DNA of 40,968 bases from Octopus sinensis. Lineage: Eukaryota. The translations under genes were made by a program, and so were the position numbers. The first letter of the stretch is position 1. Each line of letters begins with the position of its first letter. The stretch spans positions 1 through 40,968 of the forward strand of contig NW_021831844.1 in the NCBI RefSeq assembly GCF_006345805.1, read 5' to 3'. Positions 12,239 to 23,590 of this stretch are shown here, one piece after another. Below the pieces are notes generated by a model. It was not told where the DNA came from and searched no databases. It was given only the letters and a program-made list of their open reading frames with translations.

Positions 12239-13686
12239 CTGAAAATGATAAAATATAAAATGATGAATACAAAATTACACAAATATACATTACAGATGCC
12301 CCATATTACACAAAAATTCAACTACATTTACGCATAGTTTGAATATCCAGTGATTAAACTGGTAACACAGTATTGAGTTCCCTCATGGTTTTAAGTTTAG
12401 TCTATTTCCATTTTTCGTTTGTTTCTACTTTATTTTCTGCATTAAGATAATATTTTAAATATATGGTCAGAATATTCAACGGAACTGACCTTATTGAGTA
12501 ACATCAAGTTCATTGATACTTAATGCATAAATATTCATTTGTCAAACACAATATCATAAATCATTCACTAAACAAAATATTAAAAAATCACAGAATCAAG
12601 TCAAAAATAGGAAATATAAAGGAAGAAATATCACAACAAACCAACAAGAACTTATCTATACATGGGGCTCGATAAAGCCAACTGGCCACAGCAAGGGAAA
12701 TAGGGATCGGGGAGTATTGTGTATATAAATGGAACATGACAACAAAGCATGTATGTTATATCAGAGAGAGAGAGAGAGAGAGAGAGACCAGCTGAAACAC
12801 AGCAATTTCTTCAGACATAAGACAAGCAACACCACACAGACAGAGCCAAGCATGTCGATAATGATTCCAGAATTAATAAAGAAGCATTTTTGGATGATGA
12901 AGGTGACGCAAAGACAGTAAGAATCAGTGTCACAGCTGAAGCAGCACATCAACACATTGTAGGTGATAAATTGTTCAAACTGTTAGTCTGATAGACAATT
13001 CCAGAAGTGAACTGAGACGAAGATTTGACTGTCAGCGTAGCATGTTCTCACCAAAGAAAACATTGCATCAGCACTGAGATGTTCATCAAACTGTCTGAGA
13101 TAAAGTCACACATCTGTAGTGACCTTCATTCATATTGGAACCAGAGAGTTGGTTGAGTTCCACACACACAGAGTAACAGGCACATATATAAATATAAGAT
13201 CCAAGGATTGAGGTGTAGAAAGAAAGTTGGTTTCAAGCAATCTGTAGTAAATGAGAAAAACAAAAACCTCTCAGGAACAAAAGTGGTTTATTGAGGCGGA
13301 CGGTTGTAGTTTTTTTCTGTATTGAAGTATGATAAGTTGAAAAAAATATCTTTATATTTCATGGTAGATGACCAGGGCTCCTGAGTGAGCGAATAAGAAT
13401 AGAAGAGTTAAGGAATGGAGTAGATACGATTGGGGCTACAAATGTTTCATAGCGAGCAGAACCTCGGAAATGGTAGATATCCAAGCAAGGTGTATAGCTG
13501 AGGCTAGTCATCAGGACAAGAGTATTTTGACTGAAAGGTAATTTAATTTGCTGCAAGGAGGTACATGTTAACTCATGGAAGATTTGGTCTGACGAGTAGC
13601 CTACGGTATTCACCCCACTTGGATATTTACCACATCCAAGCTTTCACTCTCTGTGAAGCATATGTAGCCCATGTATGTATGTATGT

Positions 13687-14640
13687 TGCATTTCTGCTTC
13701 TTGCAGGGCATTTGGACTCAGCATTAGCCTGGACAAGACTGTTGTAATGTTCCAGCCTGCACCAGGAAATCCATATAAAGAACCAGCTATCTTGGTTGAA
13801 GGAACAATTCTGAAGGTAGAAGACAAGTTTGTCTACCTGGGCAGCACACTCAGCCGTTCCTGCTCCTTGGATGAGGAAATATCTTTCAGGTTGCAGAGAG
13901 CAACTAATTCCTTCCAGTCCCAGTCCCATCAGTCTCGTGTCTGGTCCCAACAAGGCATCGCAAGGAGAACAAAAGTTGCCATGTACCGTGCATGTGTACT
14001 GAGATCGTTTCTCTACTCATGTGAGACATGGACTCTATACAAACGTCAGGTAAAGGTCCTTGAACGTTTTCATCAGAGATGTCTCAGACACATTCTCAAT
14101 GTTGGCTGGACCTCAAAAATTCCAGACACACAGATCCTGAGGACAGCTGATATCTTGAGTATTGAGGCGGTGGTGCACAAGCACTGGTTACATTAGAGTG
14201 GACACCTTATTAGAATGAAGGATAGCAGGATTCCTAAGCAGATGCTATATGGGGAACTTGTGAATGGAAGGAGACTCCGGCAGAAACCAAGGCTGCGATT
14301 TAAGGACTGTGTCAAGTCCTCATTAAAGGCCTTTGATATGCAGGACACTGACTGGGAGAACAATGCCTGTCATCGCCACAGATGGAGGAAGCAGGTTAAG
14401 GAAGGGATCGACACTTTTGAGAGAGCACGTATCCAGCATGAAGAACTTAAGCGAGCTGCGCGAAAGCGCACGGCTCATATAGTGAATGGGGAAAGCTTGG
14501 TCTGCAATGTTTGCAGTCGTGTATGCTTGTCAAGAGCAGGGCTCATTAGCCACCAACGGAGCCGCAAATGCAAAATATAAGTTAGTCCTAAAGCGCACAA
14601 TGTTCCTGATGGTCTTCCTCGGTCACGAGTGGACGGCCAT
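13687..14640 (+). mobile_element. 5'-truncated RTE-clade LINE (end of RT and C-terminal zinc-finger-like tail)
   Basis: ORFs 13675-14196 and 14215-14580 carry FGLSISLDKT, FVYLGS, LYSCETWT, RIPKQMLYGEL, LRFKDCVK and C..CSRVCLSRAGLISHQRS. The 3' tail is ggtcttcctcggtcacgagtggacggccatcat, and catgtatgtatg flanks both sides as a probable TSD. Confidence 0.9.
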
Positions 14641-15120
14641 CATGCATGCATGTATGTATGTATGTATGTATGTATGTATGTATGTATGTATGTATGTATG
14701 TATGTATGTTTGTATGTATGTATGTATGTTTGTATGCATGTATGTATGTATGTATGTATTATGTATGTATGTATGTATGCATGTATGTATGTTTGTATGC
14801 ATGCATTATGTATGCATGTATGTATGTATATGTATGCATGCATGTATGCATGTAGTATGTTTGCATTTATGTATGCATGCATTTATGTATGCATGCATGC
14901 ATTTATGTATGCATGCATGCATGTATGTATGTGTGTGTGTGTATGCATGTGTGTATGTATGTATGTATGTATGTATGTGTGTGTGTATGTATGTATGTAT
15001 GCATGCATGCATGCATGCATGTATGTATGTATGTATATATGTATGTATGTATGCATGCATGTATGTATGTATGCATGCATGTATGTATGTATGTATGTAT
15101 GGTTGTATGTATGTATGTAT
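14638..15120. repeat. Compound (TATG)n/(CATG)n/(TG)n microsatellite
   Basis: Directly visible; it is the source of the MYVC/HTYI pseudo-ORFs. Confidence 0.98.
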
Positions 15121-15498
15121 ATTCTTGTGAGAGTTAGAGGCTGCGAAGCTAACCAACTAAGGGATAGTTAAGTGTTTCTTATATGTATTAGCCCTCTTAA
15201 CCATTTAGACCCTCTGAAGAAGCCTAGAGGCACACTTCATCATCCAAACTTTATCTACCATCCCTACAGAACACTGATGGCATGGTGATAGCATGGAGGA
15301 TCTCATTGCCTCTCGGCATAAACGGTTTTAAGGAACTGACCTTTTACTCTTTTTTGTATTACTAGTACATGTGTCTGTAAGGCATAGTCTTTGCGTGTGT
15401 ATGTATTCTTATAATACTTTCTTATGTTTTTGAATAAATACACATAATAGAATGTCTACCGGATGATGTATGTCATTTTTGCATCTCCACCATCTTTT

Positions 15499-15535
<37 letters not shown>

Positions 15536-15563
15536 TATATATTCACATATATACACATATATA

Positions 15564-16690
15564 CAGGGGTTGGACAAAATAATGGAAACATCTTAAAATT
15601 TTAAACAAATTTATTTTAATATGGCGTAGGACCGCCTTTGGCAGTAAGTACAGCTTGAATTCTACAAGGTGTGGACTCATATAAAGTTTGAATTGTTTCC
15701 AAAGGAATTTTTGTCCATTCTTCAGCTAAAACAGGCTCCAGTTCTTGTAGTGATGATGGTGAAGGATATCAACACCTTACTTCTTTTTCTAAAATGCACC
15801 ATAAATGTTCAATAATATTGAGATCTGGGGACTGTGGTGGCCAGATAAGATGTTTAACTTCACTAGAATGTTCCTCGTGCCATTCAGTAACAACTTTAGC
15901 TGTGTGAATTGTTGCATTATCATCCTGAAAGATTGCGTTTCCCTCCAGAAACAGTTCCGCAACCATAGGATGAATTTGAGCAGATAAAATGCTTAAATAG
16001 TCTTGACTATTAATTCTGACATGAAGAGAAACCATTGGGCCAGCAGATTTCCAAGATATAGCCCCCTCACCCCCAGATCATCACAGATCCTCCTCCATGT
16101 TTTACAGTTAGAAGAAGGCAGTTTGGGTCAAATACTTCTTTTAGCCGGTAGTCGGATAAAAGGTAAAGCATGACTCGTTCGAGAAAATAACATTCTTCCA
16201 CTGCTCCAAGGACCAATTCTGTAGGTTTTTACTTCACTCTACATCCTTTGTAACGTTTGTTTTTGAAAGTAGGGGTTTTCTGATTGCAGCCCTCCCATGA
16301 AATTCGGCTTTGTGCAACTCCTGGTGAACAGTTTCTCGGGAACGTGGATTCTCAATGTGGTCATTAAGCTCTACAATAATTTTGGAAGCTGAACGTTTGT
16401 GATCCCTTCTAACTATTCTCGTAAGATTCCGTTGGCCTCTTTCTGAAAGTTTTGGTTTTCTGTCGGAGGTTTGTTTCGACAAGGAGGTTTTTTCCATCTT
16501 TCCCAAAAGGTATAATTATTTTTGAGACAGTTCTTCTAGATACACCAGAGATTTCGGTTGTTTTTGTTATGCTAGTGCCTGCCATACGAGCACCAACAAT
16601 TCGACCTCTTTGAAAGTCCGATAGATCTGTCATTTTAATGAACTTTAATTACCTTTTTCTGATGATATCTGAAAAGAAACAGCAATTTTA
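15564..16690 (-). mobile_element. Tc1 (DD34E) transposon, frameshifted transposase 16633-15616, one TIR retained
   Basis: TA|CAGGGGTTGGACAAAATAATGGAAAC terminus at 15564. Translation gives MTDLSDFQRGRIVGAR (paired-like HTH), GRAAIRKPLL, FQDDNA..WPPQSPDLNIIEHLW and GGPTPY*. The other TIR was not found. Confidence 0.92.
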
Positions 16691-16691
16691 G

Positions 16692-16758
16692 CTGGGGCTA
16701 AAAAGCTACTGTAACACCCACCTTTGTGGTTAGCCAAATTGAGATGGCTTTTATACTT
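16692..16758. repeat. 67-bp direct repeat R, copy 1 (copy 2 at 22382-22448), bracketing the Tx1 element
   Basis: Ungapped alignment at offset 5690 with 6 mismatches in 67 bp; contains the hairpin AGCCA(T)..(A)TGGCT. Confidence 0.9.
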
Positions 16759-17141
16759 TACATTGTCGAGCGATTACTGTTTACATCTCGTTCTGAGATT
16801 TAATAATGCTTACAGTCAGTTTTTCGAAATCAGTGGCAGACGTCACTAGAAAAACTCTTATATATTTGCAAACAGGCCTTGTCTTTCATCGTGATCTGGT
16901 GGTTTGTCACTCGTCTAGGGACCCCTCTTTCATCTGCGTATTGAGAAGTTTGCTGCCTATTTTGTTGAGTGAGTTCGTTTTTTGTTCGAGGTTGTTTGTG
17001 TTTGCTCGTGAATTGAACAGTTGTCCGTTGTGTGACAGTAATTTTCGCCCCACGGGGCTGAAAATTCTGTGTATAAACATTGTTATTACCTTCGGGATAA
17101 TTTTTTTTTTTATTGAAAAATTGGTTCTCATAATTTGAGAA

Positions 17142-18579
17142 ATGGAGTTCGACTTGGCGTCGAGGAGCGACTTTCCCGTGATGGGAAAAGGGGAACAGAA
17201 GGATATCGAGGTTAGAAAACAATCTTTTTTGGTCGCAGTGGGCGGAACCGTAACGGAAGTGGAATTCAAAATAGAACAGTTGTTCGAATACCGGAACTTG
17301 GTCAAAAAGGAAGGCAACAAAATAAAACTGGTACCGCCGCAAGCGATATTACAGGAAATAAAGGCCAAGACAGTCGTGTACAAGGTTTACAGTAACAAAG
17401 AGAAAAAAATAATGGACGTGAAGAACGAAATAGTAGAGAAGTGCTTGTCCCCGGTGTGGAGCAAAATTCGCTACGTCGGTCGAGGTGCCCGCAGCGCTAC
17501 CGTTGAAGCACATTTCGACTCGGCTGATGTGGCAAGAGAAATTTCATCAATGACCTTAAAAAATGAGGACATTATGTTACTACCTACCTATATGGGCAAA
17601 AGAACTGCGAAACTATATGTAGAAGATATACCAAGAGGATATGATATAATGTGGGTAGCAGCGGCGGTTCTGCACGACGTAGAGCAGAAAGTCTCAATTC
17701 TGCAGATGAAAAGGAAAGAGGAGGTAAACTGGAAGGGACAAGCGCTCGAACTCCTCGTTCAAGCAGAAAATAAGGTGCTAGAAAACTTACCCGATAGGGT
17801 ATTTATTGAGGAGGGAATTTCAATGAGAGTGTCAGTGGAGGGGCGCAGACCTAGGTGTTTCAAATGTGGTGAAAAGGGTCACGTCCGCTCGAACTGCATA
17901 AAAAAAAAAGAAAAACAGCGAAGTCCCTCCTCAAAGTGCTTCAAACACAGAAAAAGAAAAGGCGGAAAAAGACCCCAAGACTGCGACAAGGAAGGGAATC
18001 GAAACGGAAGATGAAAATGAACAAATGGAATTTACACAGGAGACACACAAAAGAAAAAAAGAAAATACCCTGGACTCCCCTCCGCAAACAAAGATAAAAT
18101 CAGCAAACACCGCAGAGATACATACAAAACAAATTCCCCAGCCCTAGCCCCACGGCACTGTATTCATTGGAGCACAGTTCGCCAAGCCCCTCCCCATAAA
18201 ACAAGATTGGAAAAAATTGATTAAAAAAAATGAAAAGATTGTAGCATTCGACGAGAGAAACGATAGAGTGTTCAAGTATTTTAAATTTTCAAAACTGAAA
18301 TTATTCAGTAAGTCTGCAGACACTAAGTCGACCACTCGTTTTGCAAAAATAAAGGAAGACGAGTGGAAGGAAAAAACACTCCAAGAACATTTAAAAAATA
18401 ACCTTATCAGAGACGTAACTAACGAAATACTGGAGGGCAAACTTACTATAACCCCGGCAACCACACCTACCCAGAGCCCGATGGCAACGCCGGTTAAGAG
18501 CCCTGCAGCTACGACCACAAGGGAGGAAGAAGGGGAAGCATGCAGATTTAAACTGTCATGCTCCCTGTCCCAACCGTAA
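17142..18579 (+). pseudogene. Tx1 ORF1 (gag-like, zinc knuckle), frameshifted
   Basis: ORF 17142-18014 has a CCHC knuckle and shifts frame in the A-run near 17900. It continues through ORF 18217-18579. Confidence 0.8.
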
Positions 18580-18607
18580 GTTTATTTAATTTTTTCTCTC
18601 TCCGACA

Positions 18608-21600
18608 ATGGCAAAGCTGGGTTGTGTGAATGTGCGTGGAATGGGGTTGAAATGGAAACAAATTTGTCTCCTGAACGACCTCACGACACACGGAGTGGAC
18701 GTAGCTATTGTAACCGAGTCCAAGATGAACGGGGCCCAAGCGTTCTCGCCTCTTCTAAATGGTTTCGAGAATTTATCTCTCCTAGCCGAGGAGGAGGAAG
18801 GGGCGTGGCAGTCCTTACCAGGAAGAGCTTGGACTTGCAGGTAAGTACTGTCTTTCTGGACCCAGAAGGCAGGCTGGTCGTTCTGGATGTGACCCACGTA
18901 AGTAAACAGTCCTTCAGGTTGGTAGCTGTCTACGCTCCGAATGCGTGTAGGCAGTCGGGTTTTTTTCGGAATCTGGAGCACTCTTTAGTGACGTCGAAAA
19001 CGGTAGTCTTAGTAGGGGACTTTAACACTGTCCTCGAAGCGCGGGTCGACAGTGTTAGCTCAACCAATAGAAAGGGGAACCCTAGCCTCAAGGGTCTACT
19101 AGAGAGCTTTAATCTAGTAGACCGTTATCGACTGGATGAGCCGAGCGTTCCACAGTGGACGTGGAGTAACAACGACGGCTTACGCAGATCGTATATTCGT
19201 TAGGAAAAGAGATAAGGATACGTTTACTTGTCCACAGTTTCACATTGTGCCCTACACGGATCACAAATTTGTGACTTGTAGGGTGCAATTAGATAAGTGC
19301 CATAGACAGGGACCCGGGTACTGGAAGCTGAACAAGTCTATTTTGAATTGTGAAGACTTCCGTACCCGGATTAAGGTGTTAGTACAGAGGGCATTATGTG
19401 GCACCATCATTAACAATAGATGGTGGCACTCCCTCAAAAGAGCCATTCGTTCAGAGTCCATTAGATTTAGCAATCAGCTATGGTTAGATAGGTCTAGGAT
19501 AGAGGACGATTTAGTTAAGAATCTAAACGAGGCAATGGAATCTGGCTCTGCATCCGGAGTGATGGCGGCAAGGACGGTATTGTACCGTCACCTTAACTCC
19601 AAACACGTTAGAGCTAAGCTACGCGCAGGGAAACGAGAAGGTATTAACGTTGCCGGATGGGCCCGTCGAGTGGAGAGTCAGAGAGGTAACAAAGCTTCAA
19701 TTAAGTCTTTAACTGACGAACAGGGACACAAGATCTATGGACAGGAGGAGATGCAAAAGTTTCTTCACCAGCATTTCGCCCGCGCGTTCGGGAGGTGTGG
19801 GTCGCTGGAGCGGGGGAGGGTCTTAAAGGACTTCCTAGCCGGCGGACCGCGGCTCTCGGGGCGTGAGGTGGAGTGCTGTGAATGAGCGATCACTACCGCG
19901 GAGATAGAGGGGGTACTGGCCGGATGCGCCGGGGAGAAGTTACCGGGGTTGGATGGTCTGCCCTACGAGTTTTACCAAAGTATGCCGGACTTGTTCGGGG
20001 GAATACTGGCAGGCGTCTACGCGAACTGACAGCAGAACGGGAGAATTCCCAGTTCTGTAAGCCGGGGAGTGGTGACGCTAATCCAGAAAGACCCGAGCAA
20101 GGGGGATAACATTAGTAATTACAGGCCCATAACTCTACTTAATGTAGCGTTAAAGATTTTGGCCAAGGTGTTGGCAAAAAGGTTGACGACTGTCGTGGAG
20201 AAACTTGTAGGGAAAGCACAGACATGTGCAATTCCAGGCAGGTCGATCCAGGACAATCTTCACCTTATACGCTACACCTGAGATAGGGTGGGTAAATTAA
20301 CCGGCAAGGGCGGGGTAATGGTCCATTTAGACCAAAGTAAAGCATTCGATAGGGTAGACCATAAGTACCTGGCGACAGTCCCGAAGCGGCTGGACTGGGC
20401 CCTGAATTTCGCGGGTGGATCTCCGCTATGTATAGCGGCATCAAGTCCACCGTCCAGATAAACGGTTACCTAACGGAACCGTTTTCGATCGAATGTTCAG
20501 TTCGTCGAGGGTGCCCCTTGTCACCACTTTTGTACGTGTTGGCTCTCGAGCCATGGCTGCGAAATTTGGAGAGGCTGGGAAGTAACCCGGATGAGATCGG
20601 AGGCGGGAGGACGGTTTCTGCTTATGCGGATGACGTCACCCTCATCGTGTCCAATGAGGCTCAGCTACCTTGTGTAGAAGATGCTATCAGAGGATACGAG
20701 GCGGTGGCAGGAGCAAAAGTTAACAAGGACAAGTCGATTGGCTTACGCCTCGGCACCTGGAGGAGCAAGTCGATATCGTCCAGTGCCGTGGGACACTGGA
20801 CAGATGGTCCTTTTAAGTTGCTAGGAGTTTTGTTTGAGCCAGACTCCCAAACGGAGAGGAATTGGAGTGAGGTGACGGGCAAGGTGGAGGCCATAGTACG
20901 GACCTGGTCCGGAAGGTTTCTGTCCTTGAAAGGAAGGGCGGAGGTGGTACAGGTGTTCATTGCATCTGTAATCACTTACCGCCTGACCGTTGTCCCTTGC
21001 CCCGATTCATGGCTTAGCAAGTTGGAGCGAATCCTTTTCCGCTTTTTGTGGAAGGGAGGAAAGCCACTTGTGAGGCGCTCCGTTTGCTGCCAGGAACCGT
21101 TAAAGGGTGGGTTAGGAATGCCTTGGTTGATGATGCGCAGACATGCGTTGAGGCTGAAGCATCTCTGGCACCACCTGGAGGGTGATAAGGTGTGGAGTCC
21201 GCTGGCAGGGGAATTTTTCCCGAGACCGGCTTCCTTAGTGAATTTTAAACCCGGTTGCATCAAAAGACGGAATCTGACTTTATGGCAAAAGGAGTGCCGA
21301 CAGGCACTCACGGTGATCCACAAGGCGGGCAAGGCCGGCTGCGGAAATACCACCTCGGTATTTTATAGCAGGCTGGTAGAGGCAAAGAACGACGACGTCC
21401 TAGAGGGGCTCTGGGGTTTGACGAAGACCAGCTTACCAACCTGTTTAAAAAGACTTTCAGGACTGGGTATTTGGATAATTTCCAAAGATCCCTGGCCTGG
21501 CAATGTTATAGGAATGCTTTACCTGTTCGCGAGAAGTTATCGCGGCACGGAATTTCAGTGCCACCGACATGTCCAAGATGCGGGTTGGACGATGAAACCG

Positions 21601-21990
21601 TCCAGCACGCTTTTGTACATTGTCGGCAGTTGTCAGACTTGATAAGTTACGCAGAACACGTGTTATCGCATCTGGGACGAGTACAGCTGTCGGCTGAGTC
21701 TATGATTAAGATGATACCGCCAACTGGACTCTAGAAGGAAGGCGAGGCATGTTTTCACTGCACGGTTGCAGTAGTAAAAGAATGCATGTGGCGTACAAGA
21801 ATGGAAGGAGTCGCAATAGGATCCTTTGTCTCAGGCCCCGGCTTGCTCACTTACTTCAGATATCATCTGAAGAGCAAAATGGGGCTAGAAAAGAAGACCT
21901 TACCACGAGGTGTGTAGGAAAAAAGATGGAAGGAAGTGGAGAAAAAGGTGGGTGTCAGAAACCCAGTTTAACTATGGATGGAGAAGAGGA
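18608..21990 (+). pseudogene. Tx1 ORF2 (APE endonuclease, RT, zinc finger), broken into at least 7 pieces
   Basis: Consecutive ORFs 18608, 18622, 19136, 19882, 20069, 20428 and 21471 give collinear EN-RT-CCHC domains. There is an in-frame TAG at 21732-21734. The end coordinate is approximate. Confidence 0.88.
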
Positions 21991-22232
21991 AAGGAAGCCT
22001 GCGGGGCCTTATAGGTTGCCGGGCTTTAAAATATATCGGTAAGATTTCAATCTAATGCAATGTTATATTAGTCAATGCAAACGACAATTAAATACAGTTT
22101 TTTGTATAATGAATAATCCATATATTTTGGAAATTTTTAAACGAACCACTTAACTGTTTTTTGTATGTATGTCCTGTATTGTTCTTCTATGTACTGATTT
22201 TATAATCGTAATAAAGAATTAATCGTGATCTG

Positions 22233-22292
22233 GTGATTACCGCCCGTTGATAAGAGACAATAATCTCGAAACCGCGGTCCGGTGCGTATCAC
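22233..22292 (+). ncRNA. Degenerate type I hammerhead ribozyme (PLE-type, palindromic stem III), probably inactive
   Basis: Core TTGATAA (vs CUGANGA), stem II GAGA-caataa-TCTC, GAAA, palindromic stem III ACCGCGGT, GUC cleavage triplet, and partial stem I (CCG/CGG, GTGAT/ATCAC). AATAAA follows at 22303. Confidence 0.6.
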
Positions 22293-22381
22293 TTAGGCTT
22301 ACAATAAAGGGATGGCCTCCCTTTGCAAATACCTGAAGGGCACAGAAATTGTGTCTAAAACCAGCTGGAGATGTTGATCTT

Positions 22382-22448
22382 CTGGGACTAAAAAGCTACA
22401 GTAACACCCCCCTTTGTGGTTAGCCATTTTGAGATGGCTATTATACTT
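22382..22448. repeat. 67-bp direct repeat R, copy 2
   Basis: Matches 16692-16758 and is followed by (TA)n. Confidence 0.9.
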
Positions 22449-22465
22449 ATATATATATATATATA

Positions 22466-22983
22466 CAACAACAATTGAGGAGCGGCTACAATAGGCCGTT
22501 CGACCCACTAGAAATAGCAGCCAGGGCTCCAACCGCAAATAGTAGTAATTCCGAAATCAGAGCATTTACCTTGTTTTTCTTTAGACAATGCATTGTTTCG
22601 GCGTTTTTTAATGGTAAACCAGCCTGATTAAATTAAATTAAACTTAATCAAGTCAATCTTCCAAAAGGCCAACGCGCTCATCAGTAAAGGAGCCAGAAGG
22701 GACAGAAATTACACGAGGCAGCTACCTTCATGCCTCGGTAATATCTGACCTAAAATTTTCAAAATCATCGTACTCGCGCCAAATATAAACTGCCGATTCA
22801 ATTTCGGAATTAATCAGAAAATTATCAATTAATCAATTTAGGGTAGCAAAAAATTCAATAGAAATTATTTTGCCACCAGCGGTCTAGTGAGAAAGAGGAA
22901 ATAGTCAGAGACTATTAATAAATTCAACAACAATTGAGGAACGGCTACAATAGGCCGTTCGACCCACTAGAAATAGCAGCCAG
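22466..22983. repeat. 518-bp unit with 59-bp direct terminal repeats (22466-22524 and 22925-22983), sitting in (TA)n
   Basis: caacaacaattgagga(g/a)cggctacaataggccgttcgacccactagaaatagcagccag occurs twice with 1 mismatch. There is an internal hairpin CGAGGCA..TGCCTCG at 22714-22737. Confidence 0.85.
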
Positions 22984-22989
22984 ATATAT

Positions 22990-23590
22990 ATATATCTGTA
23001 AATGTAATATGAAACAATTATTCGGTAGCCATGATAAAACTCCGAGTTTCGGATACCAAGGTGGAAATCCACACCGCCATCTCTTCAGTTATCTGGCCAT
23101 CGGAAAAATGCTATGAAAAATGACCGTTAAACAAAGGGAAATTACTGTGGGATTGACTGTTATTAAGACAAAAGAGCTATTCAAATGACTTCTAAGTAAG
23201 GGGGTAAAAAAGTTCATAGTATTCGCGTAAGCATGCCTGTTCATACCTACACATGTGCGCCCGCACACCTATGAGCGTGCGCCTAAAGTATACATTCCTT
23301 CACCCTCACTTGAAAACGTATACATTTTCAATCACATCTTTCGTCAAATGTATATGTATATACATACATACAAACCCGCACACACACACGCTCGCACCAT
23401 AAACGCCCATACACACGGTCTATGTAATATAGAAAGACGGCTCATCTGGAATAGCAGCTTAGACCCGGCTTCATGTCTGAATTCCAGAACTGAACTTTTC
23501 GGTCCATGTCCATGCGTGGCCAAATATTTGTTACATTTTCGGTCCCCACCACCCGAGACTACAGATAGAACTTGCATTCTCATTCCTGTC
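22990..23590 (-). mobile_element. 3' remnant of a Penelope-like element (ORF end, 3' region and hammerhead)
   Basis: RNEN/KFYL* at 23587-23559 resembles the CRHENKFYL end of PLE GIY-YIG ORFs, and the hammerhead lies downstream on the same strand. Confidence 0.6.
23027..23098 (-). ncRNA. Type I hammerhead ribozyme of Penelope-like-element type, conserved core intact
   Basis: The minus strand reads GGCCAGATAA-CTGAAGA-[stem II region]-GAAA-CTC-G-GAG-T-T-TTATC-A-TGGCT. This gives a CUGAAGA/GAAA core, near-palindromic stem III ACTCGGAGT, a GUU triplet, and stem I GATAA/TTATC extended by GCCA/TGGC. The stem II register is imperfect. Confidence 0.75.

Larger units (their letters stand above)
16760..22220 (+). 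mobile_element. Near full-length Tx1-like (L1 superclade) non-LTR retrotransposon, disrupted by several frameshifts and stops
   Basis: ORF1 spans about 17142-18579 with the CCHC knuckle CFKCGEKGHVRSNC. ORF2 starts at 18608 with APE motifs (CVNVRG, VTESK, VYAPN, VGDFN, TDHKFV), RT motifs (NYRPITLLN, DQSKAFDRV, RRGCPLSPLLY, AYADDVT) and a C-terminal CPRC..ETVQHAFVHC. AATAAA is at 22210-22215. Confidence 0.92.

Noticed and set aside
13460-13655. Diverged inverted repeat (about 13460-13515 vs 13593-13650)
   Set aside because: It is short and only loosely similar, with no TSD or other element hallmark.
14486-15171. Long MYVC/HTYI-repeat ORFs (also at 29954-30342, 35924-36356, 37501-37984, 38468-39927 and 40465-40967)
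   Set aside because: These are translations of TATG/CATA/TA/TG microsatellites that lack stop codons, not genes.
15205-15240. CTGAAGA-AGCC-TAGA-GGC hammerhead-like start
   Set aside because: GAAA and stem III are absent, so it is too degenerate to call.
16658-16684. CTGATGA...GAAA spacing in the Tc1 leader
   Set aside because: Neither stem II nor stems I and III can form, so it is a chance match.
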